Shown: positions 1-11,969 of the stretch, piece after piece | How positions within the stretch are numbered: the stretch's first letter is position 1 | Layout: every line of letters begins with the position of its first letter | DNA from: Moniliella sp. 'wahieum' | Lineage: Eukaryota | NCBI GenBank assembly: GCA_003971905.1 | Contig: RSEE01000024.1 | Location: 558,001 to 622,000, forward strand | DNA length: 64,000 nt | Reading direction: 5' to 3' | Notes under the pieces: generated by a model | The model's input: only the letters and a program-made list of their open reading frames with translations | Told to the model about the DNA's origin: nothing | Database searches by the model: none | Position numbers and translations under genes: made by a program

Positions 1-226
1 AGAGCCAGCCACTCGCAACGTGGAAATGGCGCGGGGCAGAGCCGATTACATAACCATTGTCTATGACCCCTTGCCTAGCATGCCTTCGGTTTGTCTATGC
101 AAAACACCGCACGTGCGCAGGGTGACCTCACCGGTGAGCGGTGGCAATGGGAGCATCATCGGTCAACGAAGGGTAGGTCGGTATTGGCGGGGACCGAAGG
201 GACAGAGGGCATGCCCCCCATTGCAG

Positions 227-1759
227 TTAGGGGAAAGACGGCTGGCCTGGCAGAAATGCATACTGTGGGCCTATGACTTGGGGCAATTGGTAGTGGTGCG
301 GAACCATAAATTCTTCCTCCATATCCTCATTCCGTCCTTCAGGGAAGAGAGCGGGGGGTTCGGCGATGGGTTGAAGACTAATTGAGGCAGAAAAGAGCCT
401 CGCCAGGGGATTGGAATGGAGCAGGGGTTGGGCACCAGGCCATGGGTCTTGTGGAATATGCTGGAGAATCCCTCCACCTCCCCCGATAGGAGCATCTGCT
501 GGCACCAGGTTTGGAGGTGTGAAGGCAGGAGGAACGGTGTGCTCACTTATAATTGACGTAACGACGAAGGAGCAACGTGGGCTGAAAGAACATCTGGTCA
601 AAAACCAACTCTGCATCGAGGACTCGAAAGGACCCTGCAGATCCCCCCCATATCATCCTAGTGTGGGACCACATGTCAGAAGCGACATTCCACTCAACCG
701 CATCCTGATTGGTAGAAACAGATGGGGGGGCATCGTGCGTGAGAAAAACAGGCTGGGGCTTATCCTGTGGGATAGGCAGATCTTTCTCCAAACGCAAGCT
801 GGCGAGGACAGTACTCTCAATATCTTCTTGGTCAGGCGGCATGATCTCTGATGGACCGCGCTCAAAGAGCGAGAGCTTCATACCCCGACCAAAACCACCG
901 CTATGGTCAGGCGTGGAACCCACTGTCTGGCATTCATGCTCCTGCTTCGCTGTCCAGGTTGATCCCGACACGGTGGACGAGGCAGGAGGGCGATTGGCCT
1001 AACGAGACAAATGCCAGGAAGGTGCGTTGAGTGGATCGTCAACTGCATGGCACGATCAGTGAGGGCTAGTGCGGCTAACCAAATGCAACCATCAAGAAAA
1101 AGAGAGGGTTGCACGAACCTTTGTCCCCCGACAGGCACGGCCAATCTGAGCCCGGAGCACGCCTTGGAAACGTGGCTTGTCTTCACCAGACCCAGGGCGG
1201 GGCGGCGCAGGAGGGTCCGCCTGGGGAGGGATGCACTCCCCCGTATTCAGGACGCAGGCTACTGAGATTCAGGCCAGTACCAATGGGTACGCGTCTCATA
1301 GCCGATTCTTGCGTCGACCGCATCGGATGCTCCCGTGCGCCTAAGCATGTGCATGCTCAATACGGGCACTTTGGTATTGGAGGCAACTAGTAGTAGATGG
1401 GCTTGTGCGACTGTGGTGGGGGAGACGGCTGGGCTGCTGCGGCGGGAAAAGGCATACCAGGCGTCGAGGAATTATGTTTGTGAGGGGCATCGCGCATCCC
1501 CTCTGGGCCCAACTGGAGGGGGGCGGAGGAAGACATGACGAGGGAAGTGACAGCAGCAGTAGCAGCCAGCAGATACCAGCCGCCTTGTCAGGCCTTGCTT
1601 GCCCGCACCCGTCCGTAGAACAACAGAAGAGAACAACAAGCTAGTACCTTTGACGTTTATAACAACCCAGCGCTCGCCTGTCCTGTTAAGATCCACGCTC
1701 CATGTGCTCATGTACGCAGTATTCCCGTGCAAGTTCTTCGCCACGCCTTCCATTTCCAT
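227..1759 (-). CDS. Possible hypothetical protein, fragmented; may continue off the window start
   Basis: Successive minus-strand ORFs (1472-1759, 543-971, 227-616) with protein-like composition, divergent from the D-lactate dehydrogenase gene. No recognisable domain. Confidence 0.25.
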
Positions 1760-1774
1760 ATCGATTGGTTAAGG

Positions 1775-1809
1775 GGTTACCGGTTACCGGTAATCGATAA
1801 TCACCGGTT
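1775..1809. repeat. 7-bp-period palindromic array ACCGGT-T-ACCGGT-A-ATCGAT-A-ATC
   Basis: Read directly: units at 1779, 1786 and 1793, upstream of the D-lactate dehydrogenase gene. Confidence 0.85.
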
Positions 1810-2066
1810 TTAGGCCAGCCAGCCAACGCGGGGTAAATATGCCATGTGTTCTTCTCCCCACCTCCTTTCTCCGTCTCGCTGTCTTTCTCCGCATCTTCGG
1901 CAGAGCAGCCCGCACAGCTGTGTGACCGTCACCGTCGCCAGTCATATATCACCACTGATTAATGATAGTGGGCCCGGCCATGTCTTGAAGTAGCCCCTGC
2001 CACCCACGCAACCCCTCTTCTCCCCACCACCATCTCCCCCCCTCATCCACCACTCTTCGCTGCGCC

Positions 2067-3759
2067 ATGAGGCCGGCGATCGTGCGTTCTCTGCTGCCTC
2101 TCCGCGCGGGGCGTGCAGCCTCGGCCTTTGCCTGGGCCCCCGCGCGACTGCCCATCACACGCTCCATGCATACCAGCTTCTCCCCCCATACCGCTCCAGT
2201 CCCACCCTGCTCGCTACTGCCCTCGCCTTCGGCACGGCCCTTGGTGCCGGTGTGGTGTACTATTCGTCCCAGCCGGTGCGCATTCAACATGATCTTCTTT
2301 CTGCACTGGCTTCTCTCCAGGCCGCCCTGCGCCCAGATCAAGTCAGTGTTCGTGAAGGCGATATCGCCGCCCACGTGTCCGCATGGAGCTACGACGAGGC
2401 CTTTCCCCACGCCGCAGTTGTCTACCCGAGTCAACCGAGGAGGTGAGCAAGATTGTCAGGATCTGTGCGCAGCATGGTGTGCCAGTCACCCCCTACGCTG
2501 GTGGGACCAGCCTGGAATCTCAGACTTCTGCCCCCCATCCCGACGAAGATCCGCGGAGGAGCATTTGTGTCGACCTAGGGCGGATGCGAAAGGTACTCCG
2601 CCTCAGTGTTGGTGACGGCGATGTGACGGTACAAGCCGGGATGGGCTGGGAGGAGCTCAATACCTACCTACGAGAACAAAATACCGGTCTTTTCTTCCCC
2701 ATGGACCCGGGCCCCACAGCGCGGATTGGTGGAATGGCCGCCACCTCGTGCAGTGGCACCAATGCTGTTCATTTCGGAACGATGAACGGAAACTATGTAT
2801 TGTCTCTTGAAGTTGTCCTGCCGTCGGGGGAGGTGATCCAAACCCGATCTCGAGCGCGCAAAAGTGCCGCCGGCCCAGATCTGACCAAGCTTTTCATTGG
2901 CTCCGAGGGCACAATGGGGATCATCACATCTGCCACCTGCGTTTAGCTCCCGTTCGCCCTAACGCAGTGGCCGTCGCCTCGTTCGAATCGATTGACGAGG
3001 CCTGTGCAGCTGGCAACGCTTTGTTGGCGGCGGGGGTAACCCCGCAATGCCTTGAGCTGGTCGACACTGAATTTGCTCTGGCTATTAACCGGGCGATGGA
3101 GGCGGATCCCACCGAGAAACGACGCATGCCCGAAAAACCTAGTCTGTTTATCAAGTTTGTTGGAGCCAGCACGGCTCACCTGAAAGCGGACTGGGGAGTG
3201 GCCCACCCCTTGCTCAAAGCCCGGGGTGGAAGTGGGATCCAATATGTGGATGCACCACAAGCTATGGATGGCCTGTGGAGCATGCGCAAACTGGCACTCG
3301 TCTTTGTGCAGCAGTATCCTCTGTCTCCCTTTGCTGGGGACAACGACGATGACAAAGGGTCATGGCGATTTGTTGGGACGGACGTGTGCGTGCCGCTGAA
3401 GGAGCTGCCCATGCTCATCGCAAAGGCCAAGGCCGCCTTTTATGAGCGGGAGATCTACGCGCCCATCCTCGGCCATGTGGGCGACGGTAACTTCCATGCG
3501 GGACTCATGTGGCGGGAGGGAGACACGGACAAAGAACACAAGGTTCGGGAAATGCTTTCCCACCTTGTTCGGACCGCTCAGGAGCTGGGAGGGACGTGCA
3601 CGGGTGAGCATGGCGTTGGATTGGGCAAGCGCGAGTTTCTGCCTGCCGAACTCGGGCCGGGCACTGTCTCCCTCCTTCGGCAGTTCAAGATGCTGTTGGA
3701 CCCTCAACGTGCTCAACCCTGGCAAGCTTTTGCCGCCAAAAACGGATGCGGACGCTTGA
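2067..3759 (+). CDS. DLD1: Mitochondrial D-lactate dehydrogenase (cytochrome), FAD-linked oxidase family; several apparent frameshifts
   Basis: Arg/Ala-rich presequence MRPAIVRSLLPLRAGRAAS. Motifs PYAGGTSLE, FFPMDPGPTARIGGMAATSCSGTNA, RARKSAAGPDLTKLFIGSEGTMGII, GHVGDGNFH, GTCTGEHGVGLGK and terminal NVLNPGK, spread over overlapping ORFs. Confidence 0.9.
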
Positions 3760-3951
3760 TGGGCAAGGTCTGGAAGCGATAAGCACGATTCGCGCTCAAC
3801 TCTGTACCCGGGACTCGGTGCGTACCCTGTACCCAACACAGCTACGTGTGTATGAGGAGGTAGAGGGTACAGTCCAGAGGGCCTTCTTTGGCCTTATACC
3901 CTGGCAGCAGCTCGCAACTAGTAACAGGTACAAAAAGTGGGTGACAGCATC

Positions 3952-3980
3952 GTGACTAGTGACTAGTGACTAGTGGTGAC
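3952..3980. repeat. (ACTAGT-G)3 palindromic heptamer array
   Basis: gtgactagtgactagtgactagtg; units at 3955, 3962 and 3969. Confidence 0.9.
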
Positions 3981-4148
3981 ATCGGCCGAACCAGAGGGAG
4001 ATGGGATTCAAATTGCATGCAACATTGAAATCATGGCTGGCTGGGCGTTGGTTGACGCGGTGGCGGCGTCTGGGTCGGACAGCGAGCGTAGATGGTCGCC
4101 TAGGCGGCCACCGCCCCCTTGACGCTTATCTACCACTTGCTCAGGAGC

Positions 4149-4485
4149 ATGTTCGGCAAGTTTTTCCACCTGCTCGTGGATGCTGCCCTAGTGTCCATGG
4201 TGCTAAGCGGGGTGCGCAGGACGACAGGCCTCTCCCCCTTGATTCAGCTGGTCCCCAACAAGGATGTACGCAACCTCTTGCGTGCCTACCTCGAGACGGG
4301 CGAATGGGTACGCTCCTCCCCCAGTCCTGGCGCCCCTTGCGGCTTCGTGGAACCTGTGCGCGCCCTGTACTGACACACGTGGGTTGGGTCAGATGATGGA
4401 CTTTACCATCGTATTCCTTGGCCGGTCACGTTACTTTGAGCGGAGGATTATGCCCCCTCCGCCCCCCCAAGTGGGGCGCGAGTAG
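4149..4485 (+). CDS. Small fungal DUF1748-family protein; one intron 4308-4392
   Basis: MFGKFFHLLVDAALVSMVLSGVRRTTGL...YLETGEW spliced (gtacgc...tactgac...cag) to MMDFTIVFLGRSRYFERR, the typical DUF1748 pattern. Confidence 0.8.
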
Positions 4486-4682
4486 CCCACACGTACTTCT
4501 GTCTTGTCATCGCCCTCGTCTTCGCCACCATTCTCCCGTCATTTTTTCTTCCTCAACCTTTACCCCGGCAGCATAACTTCCCCTTGGACGTCTTCGGGGC
4601 CTACCAGCCTGTGTGTTCCCGCCCCAAATCTTGTTTCTATTTCTACTCCCACAGAGCTCTGCCTGCTGTACTCCTGTACTTG

Positions 4683-4730
4683 ACGCTTGAAGCTTGAAGC
4701 TTGAAGCTCGAAGCTCGAAGCCTGACTCAT
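4683..4730. repeat. (AAGCTT-G)n palindromic heptamer array, 7 units with degeneration
   Basis: ACGCTT G AAGCTT G AAGCTT G AAGCTC G AAGCTC G AAGCCT G ACTCAT. Confidence 0.9.
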
Positions 4731-5299
4731 ATTCAGCTGGGTTCTGAACAGGAAAAAAGCAATTCCGCTCGATAGGCTGCAGATGGGCAATACCAGTACA
4801 ACACCTATACTAGGACGCGGCGTTCTGTGAAATGAGACGATGTGACTAGTGACGCGGACTAGGGCATACTATCATGTGACGCGGTGACGCCCGACAGCAT
4901 TCTGACCCTCTGAGCTTGTGCGCGCCCGCCCCGGGTCTGGCCTTCGGCCAGGATGAACTGATGCACGTCGGCATCACGTGCTTCACGACCCGCCTCTTTC
5001 ACCGCCCTACGTCCACTTGCCTGGGCTGGCGGTTGTTGATTCCATGGTGGCGTCGAGTGGAATTGTTGAAGTGGGGTACATCTATAGGGCGGCCAACTTT
5101 AATTCCAACTCGCCGGCACCAGCACCAGCTTCCAGCCCATCCAGGCACACATTCCTCCTTCGGCCCCCACATACCCCCTCTTTATTTCGCTACGTCTTTC
5201 GAACAGTCCGCCTGCAAATTCTCGTTCTGAATGAGGTACACAACCCACAATTACCTCCCTCACCTCACCAATTTTCTCCCTCCTTCCCACCTTCCCGCG

Positions 5300-6615
5300 A
5301 TGGAGTCTCAAGTGAAGGAGGGCGGTAGGTGGAAGACGTTTTTGCTGGGTACGCCGCTGGGCCGGTTGCGCAAACCACCAGATTCTTGCGTCCCTTCCCC
5401 GCCATCGACGTCGCCACTTCCGCTATCCGCGTCTTCTCCAACCTTGATCTCAACCAAAGCTTCCCGTCCTTTCTCTTCGCTTTACTTTAAGCAGCCATTC
5501 CAGCATAGAGGACGGAAGGATTGCATCCATCATGGGCCCCACTCTGCCTCCTCCCTCTCCGTCTCGATACCTTTGAGTGAATCCTCTGCACCACCCCTAA
5601 CACTTGATATTCGTCCCAACACCTCACAGGCCCTCATCGATCCCCACTCTGCGGTCTTCCACGATATGGAAAATGACCCTGATTGGAAGGATCTGGTCCC
5701 TGTAATCCCCATTAGCCCTACGACCAACGAGCGTCGGTCCGGGCTTCCCTCTCCTCGACCTTGCCTGGCTCCACCAGCATGGTCGCCTCCATCTCACGGA
5801 ACAGCCTTCCGCCCACACGGGGAGAGAGGGTGCACACTCGCCGGGCCCTCTCCGAAACGGTACGCAGCGTGAAATCGGCTTTCTTTCCAAGCGAGCAAGA
5901 ACGTGCTCACCAACAGCGCTTGGCCCCCCCGTGTCACGACAGTGGGAGTGAAGCCCCCTTTCTTTGCGATGACGGGGAAGGAATTCTAGGAACACGTCGT
6001 ACACCGTCTGTGCCTGAACCGGTAGCCCTAAAGTCCATTCGACCCGAACTCAACACCAACGAAACGCACAACCCTCCAAGTCTGAAGGAGGAACACTGGC
6101 TCAAACGGAACATGTCTTGCAGCAACATGAATGTGCCGGCGGCCTCTACACCGGGAGTACAACCCGTGGAGCGGGCGTCATTGAGGGCAGATGTGTTTCT
6201 TCCGTGGAGAGAAAATGAGCAGGCGCGTCCTTCCTCTCGGGACCGGAAGATGGAGACCCCTTTGTCTCTCTCTCGAAGCGGCGAGGGTCCTCGTGCCGTC
6301 CACAGTTGTGAGGCCATGCGAGAACAAGCTAAGAGCAATCCGAATAAAGCTCGAAGTATTAGTCGAGAGAGGTACAGGTATAGCCTCGGTGCTGCAAGAA
6401 GGGGGAGCGATACATCCTGGCCTCAGAATGCTGTGGCCACAGACCGTGACGGCCACCGCCTCCATCGAGAGGCACGCAAGAACCCTCCCGCCTCTCTCTC
6501 ATCAGGCGCCGCTCATGCCCACGTGTTCATCAAGATGAACACGTCCCACGGGAACCTTGGCCGAAGAGGCAATGCAGTGCATCCTCTTCCCACAGGGACG
6601 AGGGCCGATTTTTGA
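5300..6615 (+). CDS. Hypothetical Ser/Pro-rich protein, probable frameshift near 5760-5870
   Basis: ATG at 5300 after a pyrimidine-rich leader. ORFs 5231-5872 and 5761-6615 overlap with disordered-protein composition. No domain recognised. Confidence 0.45.
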
Positions 6616-6860
6616 ACCTTCGTCCCTTGAATGTATCTTCCTCCTTCCCACCTCTCGGTGGAGAGAAAGGAAGAGAAAGTTCTCGATTATCTATTTTCTT
6701 ATTCCCATCGTGACACCCAATGGTGACACCACTGTACTGCCATTGCAGAAGCAAAGGTAGCACCGCTACCGCTCGCTTCAGTATGTGACCAGTACTCCTG
6801 GCTCCTTATTGTCACAACAATCCTTGCACATACTGATTTCGGCAGCCGTCGTCCCATTGA

Positions 6861-6890
6861 GATAACCGCTAACCGGTAACCGGTAACCCC
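6861..6890. repeat. (ACCGGT-A)n palindromic heptamer array
   Basis: ACCGCT A ACCGGT A ACCGGT A ACCCC; units at 6865, 6872 and 6879. Confidence 0.85.
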
Positions 6891-7364
6891 ACCATCCGTC
6901 TACTATAGGCCACAAAAGAGAATGATTAATGAGGGTCGGATATACCTTGTGTGAGACAAGTACGCCAGGGCTCTCCATATTATGCGACAGAAAGGTTAGC
7001 AGCTAGTAGTGGCCTCTGGCGGCTTGTCGGCTGTGGTTCTTCGTGATCAAGCCTACCCTAGTTGTGCTTACGCGAGCTTCAGGCCATGATAATCGTGGTA
7101 GCAAAGCCTGATGAAAAAACCTCTCAACAGTGGAAACTTGCCCCGTGCGGGTCTTGGCAAGAAGGGGGGGCAGCACTGCCCCCATGCTGTGATGGGCGCG
7201 GTGCCGGAGGGGCGCGCCGGAGCAGCCGGCGCAGGTGATCGAATAATCAACACGACTAATAACCGAAGAGGAAGAGGCTGTGTCGGGGCTGGGCGATCAC
7301 CCCCTGGCTAACGCCAGCGGCAAGACATTGCCGGCCACCACCACCACACCCCCACCTGCCCCGC

Positions 7365-7706
7365 ATGTCCTATCCCGCCCCCCGAGCCGCCATCATCGTA
7401 CGGGGGGAAGGAAGCGCCTGGCACGCAGGGCGGGTACTACCCTCCCCCCAGCCAGCAGCAGGGCGCCTACGCGCCCCAAGGCTACTATCCCCCCAAGGCC
7501 CACAGGCAGGCTATCCCCCACAGGGTGGAGCCTACCCTCCGCCCCCCCAAGGATACTACCCGCCCCAGGGAGGCTATCCGCAGCAGCCTCCAGCCCCTGT
7601 ACACCTGCCCCAGCAGTCGCACACCCCTACTGCAAACGACTGTTGCTCGATGATTGCCACCAGTTTGCTCTGCTCGGCCTTCTGCACTCTCATCTCCAAG
7701 TGTTGA
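7365..7706 (+). CDS. CYSTM-like protein: Pro/Gln/Tyr/Gly-rich N-terminus and Cys-rich hydrophobic tail
   Basis: GYPPQGGAYPPPPQGYYPPQGGYPQQPP repeats followed by DCCSMIATSLLCSAFCTLISKC. The N-terminal part reads better in another frame (PEPPSSYGGKEAPGTQGGYYPPP), implying indels. Confidence 0.75.
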   Translation: MSYPAPRAAIIVRGEGSAWHAGRVLPSPQPAAGRLRAPRLLSPQGPQAGYPPQGGAYPPPPQGYYPPQGGYPQQPPAPVHLPQQSHTPTANDCCSMIATSLLCSAFCTLISKC

Positions 7707-10315
7707 GGTCCGCACTCTGTTTGGTGTTGCTGGGAGGTGAGGAACATCGCTTCCCCCATCCATGTTCAGTTTCTTCCAAGCCTCTTTCTCCCAAGTCTAC
7801 AGTGCCGCCCTGCTGTTATCAATTCCCACCCGACAACGGGCTGATCGGGTCTGTGGGTTTGCCTTAGCCCCCGGGCCATACACAGCGCACCTTCTCTGTG
7901 CAAACTCCCAATCCAAGCTTGTTTGCTAAACTGCTTTCATGAGATGGTTATCGATGATTCCGCCATCGAACCACCTTGCATGCCCACCTCATATGGTTTC
8001 GGAAGCCTTGTCGGGAAAAGATGCCGAGCTGATCCCGTCCTGATCTGATTCCCATTGAGGCTATATATATGGCTCTAGACTCCAAGGTCTGCATGGAGGC
8101 AAGTGGAGTTTTGACTACTAATAATCAACGGGCCAATGAGCTTAATGAGCACCAAAAACCCTATATATATCCTACGCAGTGTTAGATGAACACCCCCCCG
8201 TCTAGGTCGAGTCGGAAGCGCTGTCCAACGGAGTACTGAGTGTACTGAATCCCCCTCCCTAAGTAAGCCGTCCACTCCCACCTCGCACCTCCGACCTGGA
8301 GGCCTCTGTCCAGAAGGGGATGGTGGACCCGGTGTGCGAAAAGCGCAAGTCGGCCACACTTATGTTGGAGAGGCAGGTGCGGGACCGCAGCGCCGCATTG
8401 ATCAGACCCGCACTTTCGCGCCGTTCAGGTGCGACACGAACGCATCTTGCCAATGCAGGCGAGACATAAGAGACTTAGCGCCAGACCCAGAGTCCGTTGC
8501 GGGGCAAGGACCCGCCGGTCTATGCAAAACGTCGGCTGGCGGCCGAACAGGATGTCCAGCAGCTTGCCCACCAACAAAAGGGGAACAAAGAGAAGGAGCG
8601 TGGAAACGAGGAGGAAGTGTCGGGATGGCAACGAGGAGACGCATGCTCCTCTGAATGAACCACACAACCATCTCCTCTCACTTCCCCTTAACACGCACTG
8701 CGCTGTGGCGGAGGGCATTCCCCGCGGGCCAGTGGGTAGCCACGGTAAGGTCCGCTCTCACGTATTCACCGCCGGGTCGAAGATACCTCTGTTGTGTGCC
8801 AAGGACAGTGGAAGGTAGCAATGGTGGGACATGGAAAAAGGTTGGGTGGACAACATGGCCAACAACCCAAAAACCATTACTCAGGCGCTCAGGCCAAAAG
8901 TCGCTGCGGTATGTAAGGCAGAAGCCTGCATCGGCTAATTCAGTTGTACTTGAACGTTTTGAACTTGACAGTGGTGAGATTGGTCATGGGCGTGGGCGAT
9001 TGTTTGGATCGTCGGTTTGAGCGTCTGGATGGTCGGCTTGATATTGCTTCAATGTGGCCAACTTTTCAGTGATGATCGCAAGAGCCCATTGCCCATCGGT
9101 CATCGATCGGTCGCACCGCCGGCGTCATTGGTGTTGACGACTTGATAGACAATTGGGACGTTAAATTTCAAACCAGACTACTAGTCGCGCGTGAACCTTG
9201 TGATCTCCCCCGCCCCACGTGAGCCGTTTTTGCGGGCTATAGCCTGTTATAGCAGGCTGTAGGATTTTTTGTTTGTAGATCGCTGGAAAAGCTTGAAGCT
9301 CGGACCGGATCATCTGCTTGAAGCTTCAATGGTCGGAATCAACTTAAACGTTGGAAGCTTTATTTCGAAACGAGGTCTGAGGGCCTGAGGACGGAAGGCC
9401 TTGACGTGCGAGAATGACAGACACGGAGGATGTCAGCGCGGCGCGTTTTTTTTTTGTCCGGAGGTGAATCAGACTGGCAAGTTGACTTGTTGACAAGAGT
9501 TCTGGCAAGTGCGGCTGGCAGGAACCGGGGCAACCGGTAACAGATGACCCAAGGTGCTAGTGTAACGACGCGTAACGATGGTGCTGGTAGCCAGGAGCAC
9601 AGAGTTAATGACCACAGGGGAGCTTATACTTATACGCCTCACGCTTCGAAGGCAACCATTCATAATAGCTTGTCTGTGTCAAATGTCGATGCCGATGATC
9701 GATGATTGGTATGATCCGGTGACAGCACGGGACCGTGCGGAGCGACGGCAGAGGAACGGCGTAGCAAACGTAATGGACAGCCTGTCACCATGCCCACTTG
9801 TCAACCGCGAAAACAAATACCACCGTTGTCAGCGCGCACCGTGGCGGCGCCTCAGCGGCGCTGAGCCAGTGATACACGATCGCTGATGGCTGGTTACTTG
9901 CAGGCTTCGCGAACGAACCATCAGCGATGGGATCGATGGCCAGCGCCCAGCGCCCAGGTGACCGGTGACCATCGTCGAGGCTGTCGCATCCGGGCAGTGT
10001 GACTCCAACAACGTCACGGCACGGCACACTGCCGCCCTGCTGACCCCCTGAGTGCCGGCTGGATCGGGCACGCAGAGTGGCAGACGCACCCGGCCGCACC
10101 GCGCCTGTCATCGGTCCGCTCCAGCAAAACTTTGGGCCAACCGCCCGATGCGAACTGGCCAAGGCGGGCTGAGACTGCCCCCCTGCGTGTCTGCTGAGTC
10201 AACCCTTCTCAGTAATGCTCCTCGCTCCCTCATATATCCCCTGTACTTCTCCGCCCGACGCAAGTTCTGCCTTTCTTTCTCCCCACCACTACTGCTCCCT
10301 CCTCAGGTGCTCGCC

Positions 10316-10612
10316 ATGTCCTCTTCTTCCTCGCTTGCCATGCTCCTTGCCTTCTTCGTGCTGTGCGTAGCGCTCTTCAGCACGCCTGTCCTCGGCGCGC
10401 CCGAGGGTGTTGCCCAGGCTGCCGACACGCATGTGTACACCAAGCGTCACATCCCACCTGCTGGTATCGCCACCCTTTCTGTCGGTCTTCCCATCTCGGT
10501 CATCCCCGTGGGCGGCGCCATCATTGTCATTGGCTACCAACACATGAAGCAGTCTCGCAACCCTCAGCCTGAGGAGGTCAAGGACGAGGAGCAGGAATTG
10601 CAAGAGGCTTGA
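10316..10612 (+). CDS. Small secretory-pathway protein (98 aa): signal peptide, dibasic KR site, second hydrophobic segment, acidic tail
   Basis: MSSSSSLAMLLAFFVLCVALFSTPVLG-APEGVAQAADTHVYTKR-HIPPAGIATLSVGLPISVIPVGGAIIVIGY...EEVKDEEQELQEA. ATG context gccATG; strongly C/T-ending codons. Confidence 0.7.
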   Translation: MSSSSSLAMLLAFFVLCVALFSTPVLGAPEGVAQAADTHVYTKRHIPPAGIATLSVGLPISVIPVGGAIIVIGYQHMKQSRNPQPEEVKDEEQELQEA

Positions 10613-11969
10613 TCGTCCCTCTTTGCCATTTCATCCTGCCCCTCTTTTCTCTTCGTCCTTGTTGAACACTTCCACTCCGTCGGTGTCCCTCTGGGTGTCG
10701 TCCTGCCAAGCCACCCGCCCTCGGTCGGCTCTGGGCTCATGACACATGCTCATTGTTTGAGCTTTAGGCCCATCCTCACTTTTTTGATTCCCCGCTGCCG
10801 TCCACCTTTTGGCCGGGACATGGACTGCACAACTGTTGTCATGCTTCCCCTCACTTCCCACTGCCTCCCGTACTCTCACCTTCCTATGCATCTTTTCGTG
10901 CCTGCCCATGAATAAGTTTCCTTTAGATGGACTGGGACTATAGTTATGTCGCTAAGTAAATGGATGCCCACGGTTCTATGTGTTTTCATATTCGCTTCCA
11001 AATTGAATGTAGCGTGCATGGATACGAATGTAAGTGAACTGCCAGCCGTCTACAATCAGACACGACGATAATGTACGGGGCCGGTCTTGGAACTCGTGCA
11101 CACAAAACACCCATCGAGACACACGGCTGTGGAGGAAGACGAGACGCGGCGTGGGTGGAAGGCCAGGCGTACAGGCTCTACAGGATGTGGGGACCAGATG
11201 CGTTCGGAGGATCAGGAATGGCGGTGGACCACACCCTGAGGGACTTGAGCACAAAATAGGTCGTGGTTCGTACCGAAAGGTGGTACACGAGAAGAATCCG
11301 CAACGCGGCTGTGGAACACCATGAGAAGGAGCTGCTTCTCGACTGTTGGAGCAAGCAGAATATGCCAAGAACCATGTGCCAGGGATGCACTCATTAGCCA
11401 TTCTTGCCCCTGGTCTGCATGACGGCGCGCGGGTACAAGGCCACCGGAAGACGGCCTGTTTGCAAAAGCGGAGAGTCTCATTTTGGAAATGTGCTTCAAC
11501 AGCTCATCTGTGTCTACCACGCCGCTCAGTGCTCATGCGTATCCCCGCATGCTTCATGGGAGCGAATGGTGGAAGCCAGGTGGGAGCCAGATGGTCCCAG
11601 CCTGACGGCACGCCACTGGTCTCCTAAGTGGGTTGGCACGAGCAAGCAGCACACGCCGAATGAGCTCGATAGGCTGAGCGAGTCTGAAAATACGCGCAGC
11701 ACTTGTCCCAGCCTCAAGCTTGAGTCTCTGTAAAAAGGAACAATAAACACCCAATGTTGTAGATGCATCACCCATGCATCACCGGAAACCCTAGTCTGCG
11801 ATGTCAAAAGCGCACAGACCGATCAATAACTTCGGTGTTACGCTCGATAAGCGTCGCGCTGCAAAGCATAATTAGATGGCGTCGGAACGGGGGACAGATG
11901 CAGGACAAATAGTTTGCAACCCGCCACTTCGCCTGCCATCACCTCCGCTTCGCCTCATCCGCGCGCACG

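Noticed and set aside
8075..8818. Short ORFs on both strands, one hydrophobic (8425-8718 minus)
   Set aside because: No recognisable motif or clear gene structure; cannot be supported without homology or expression data.
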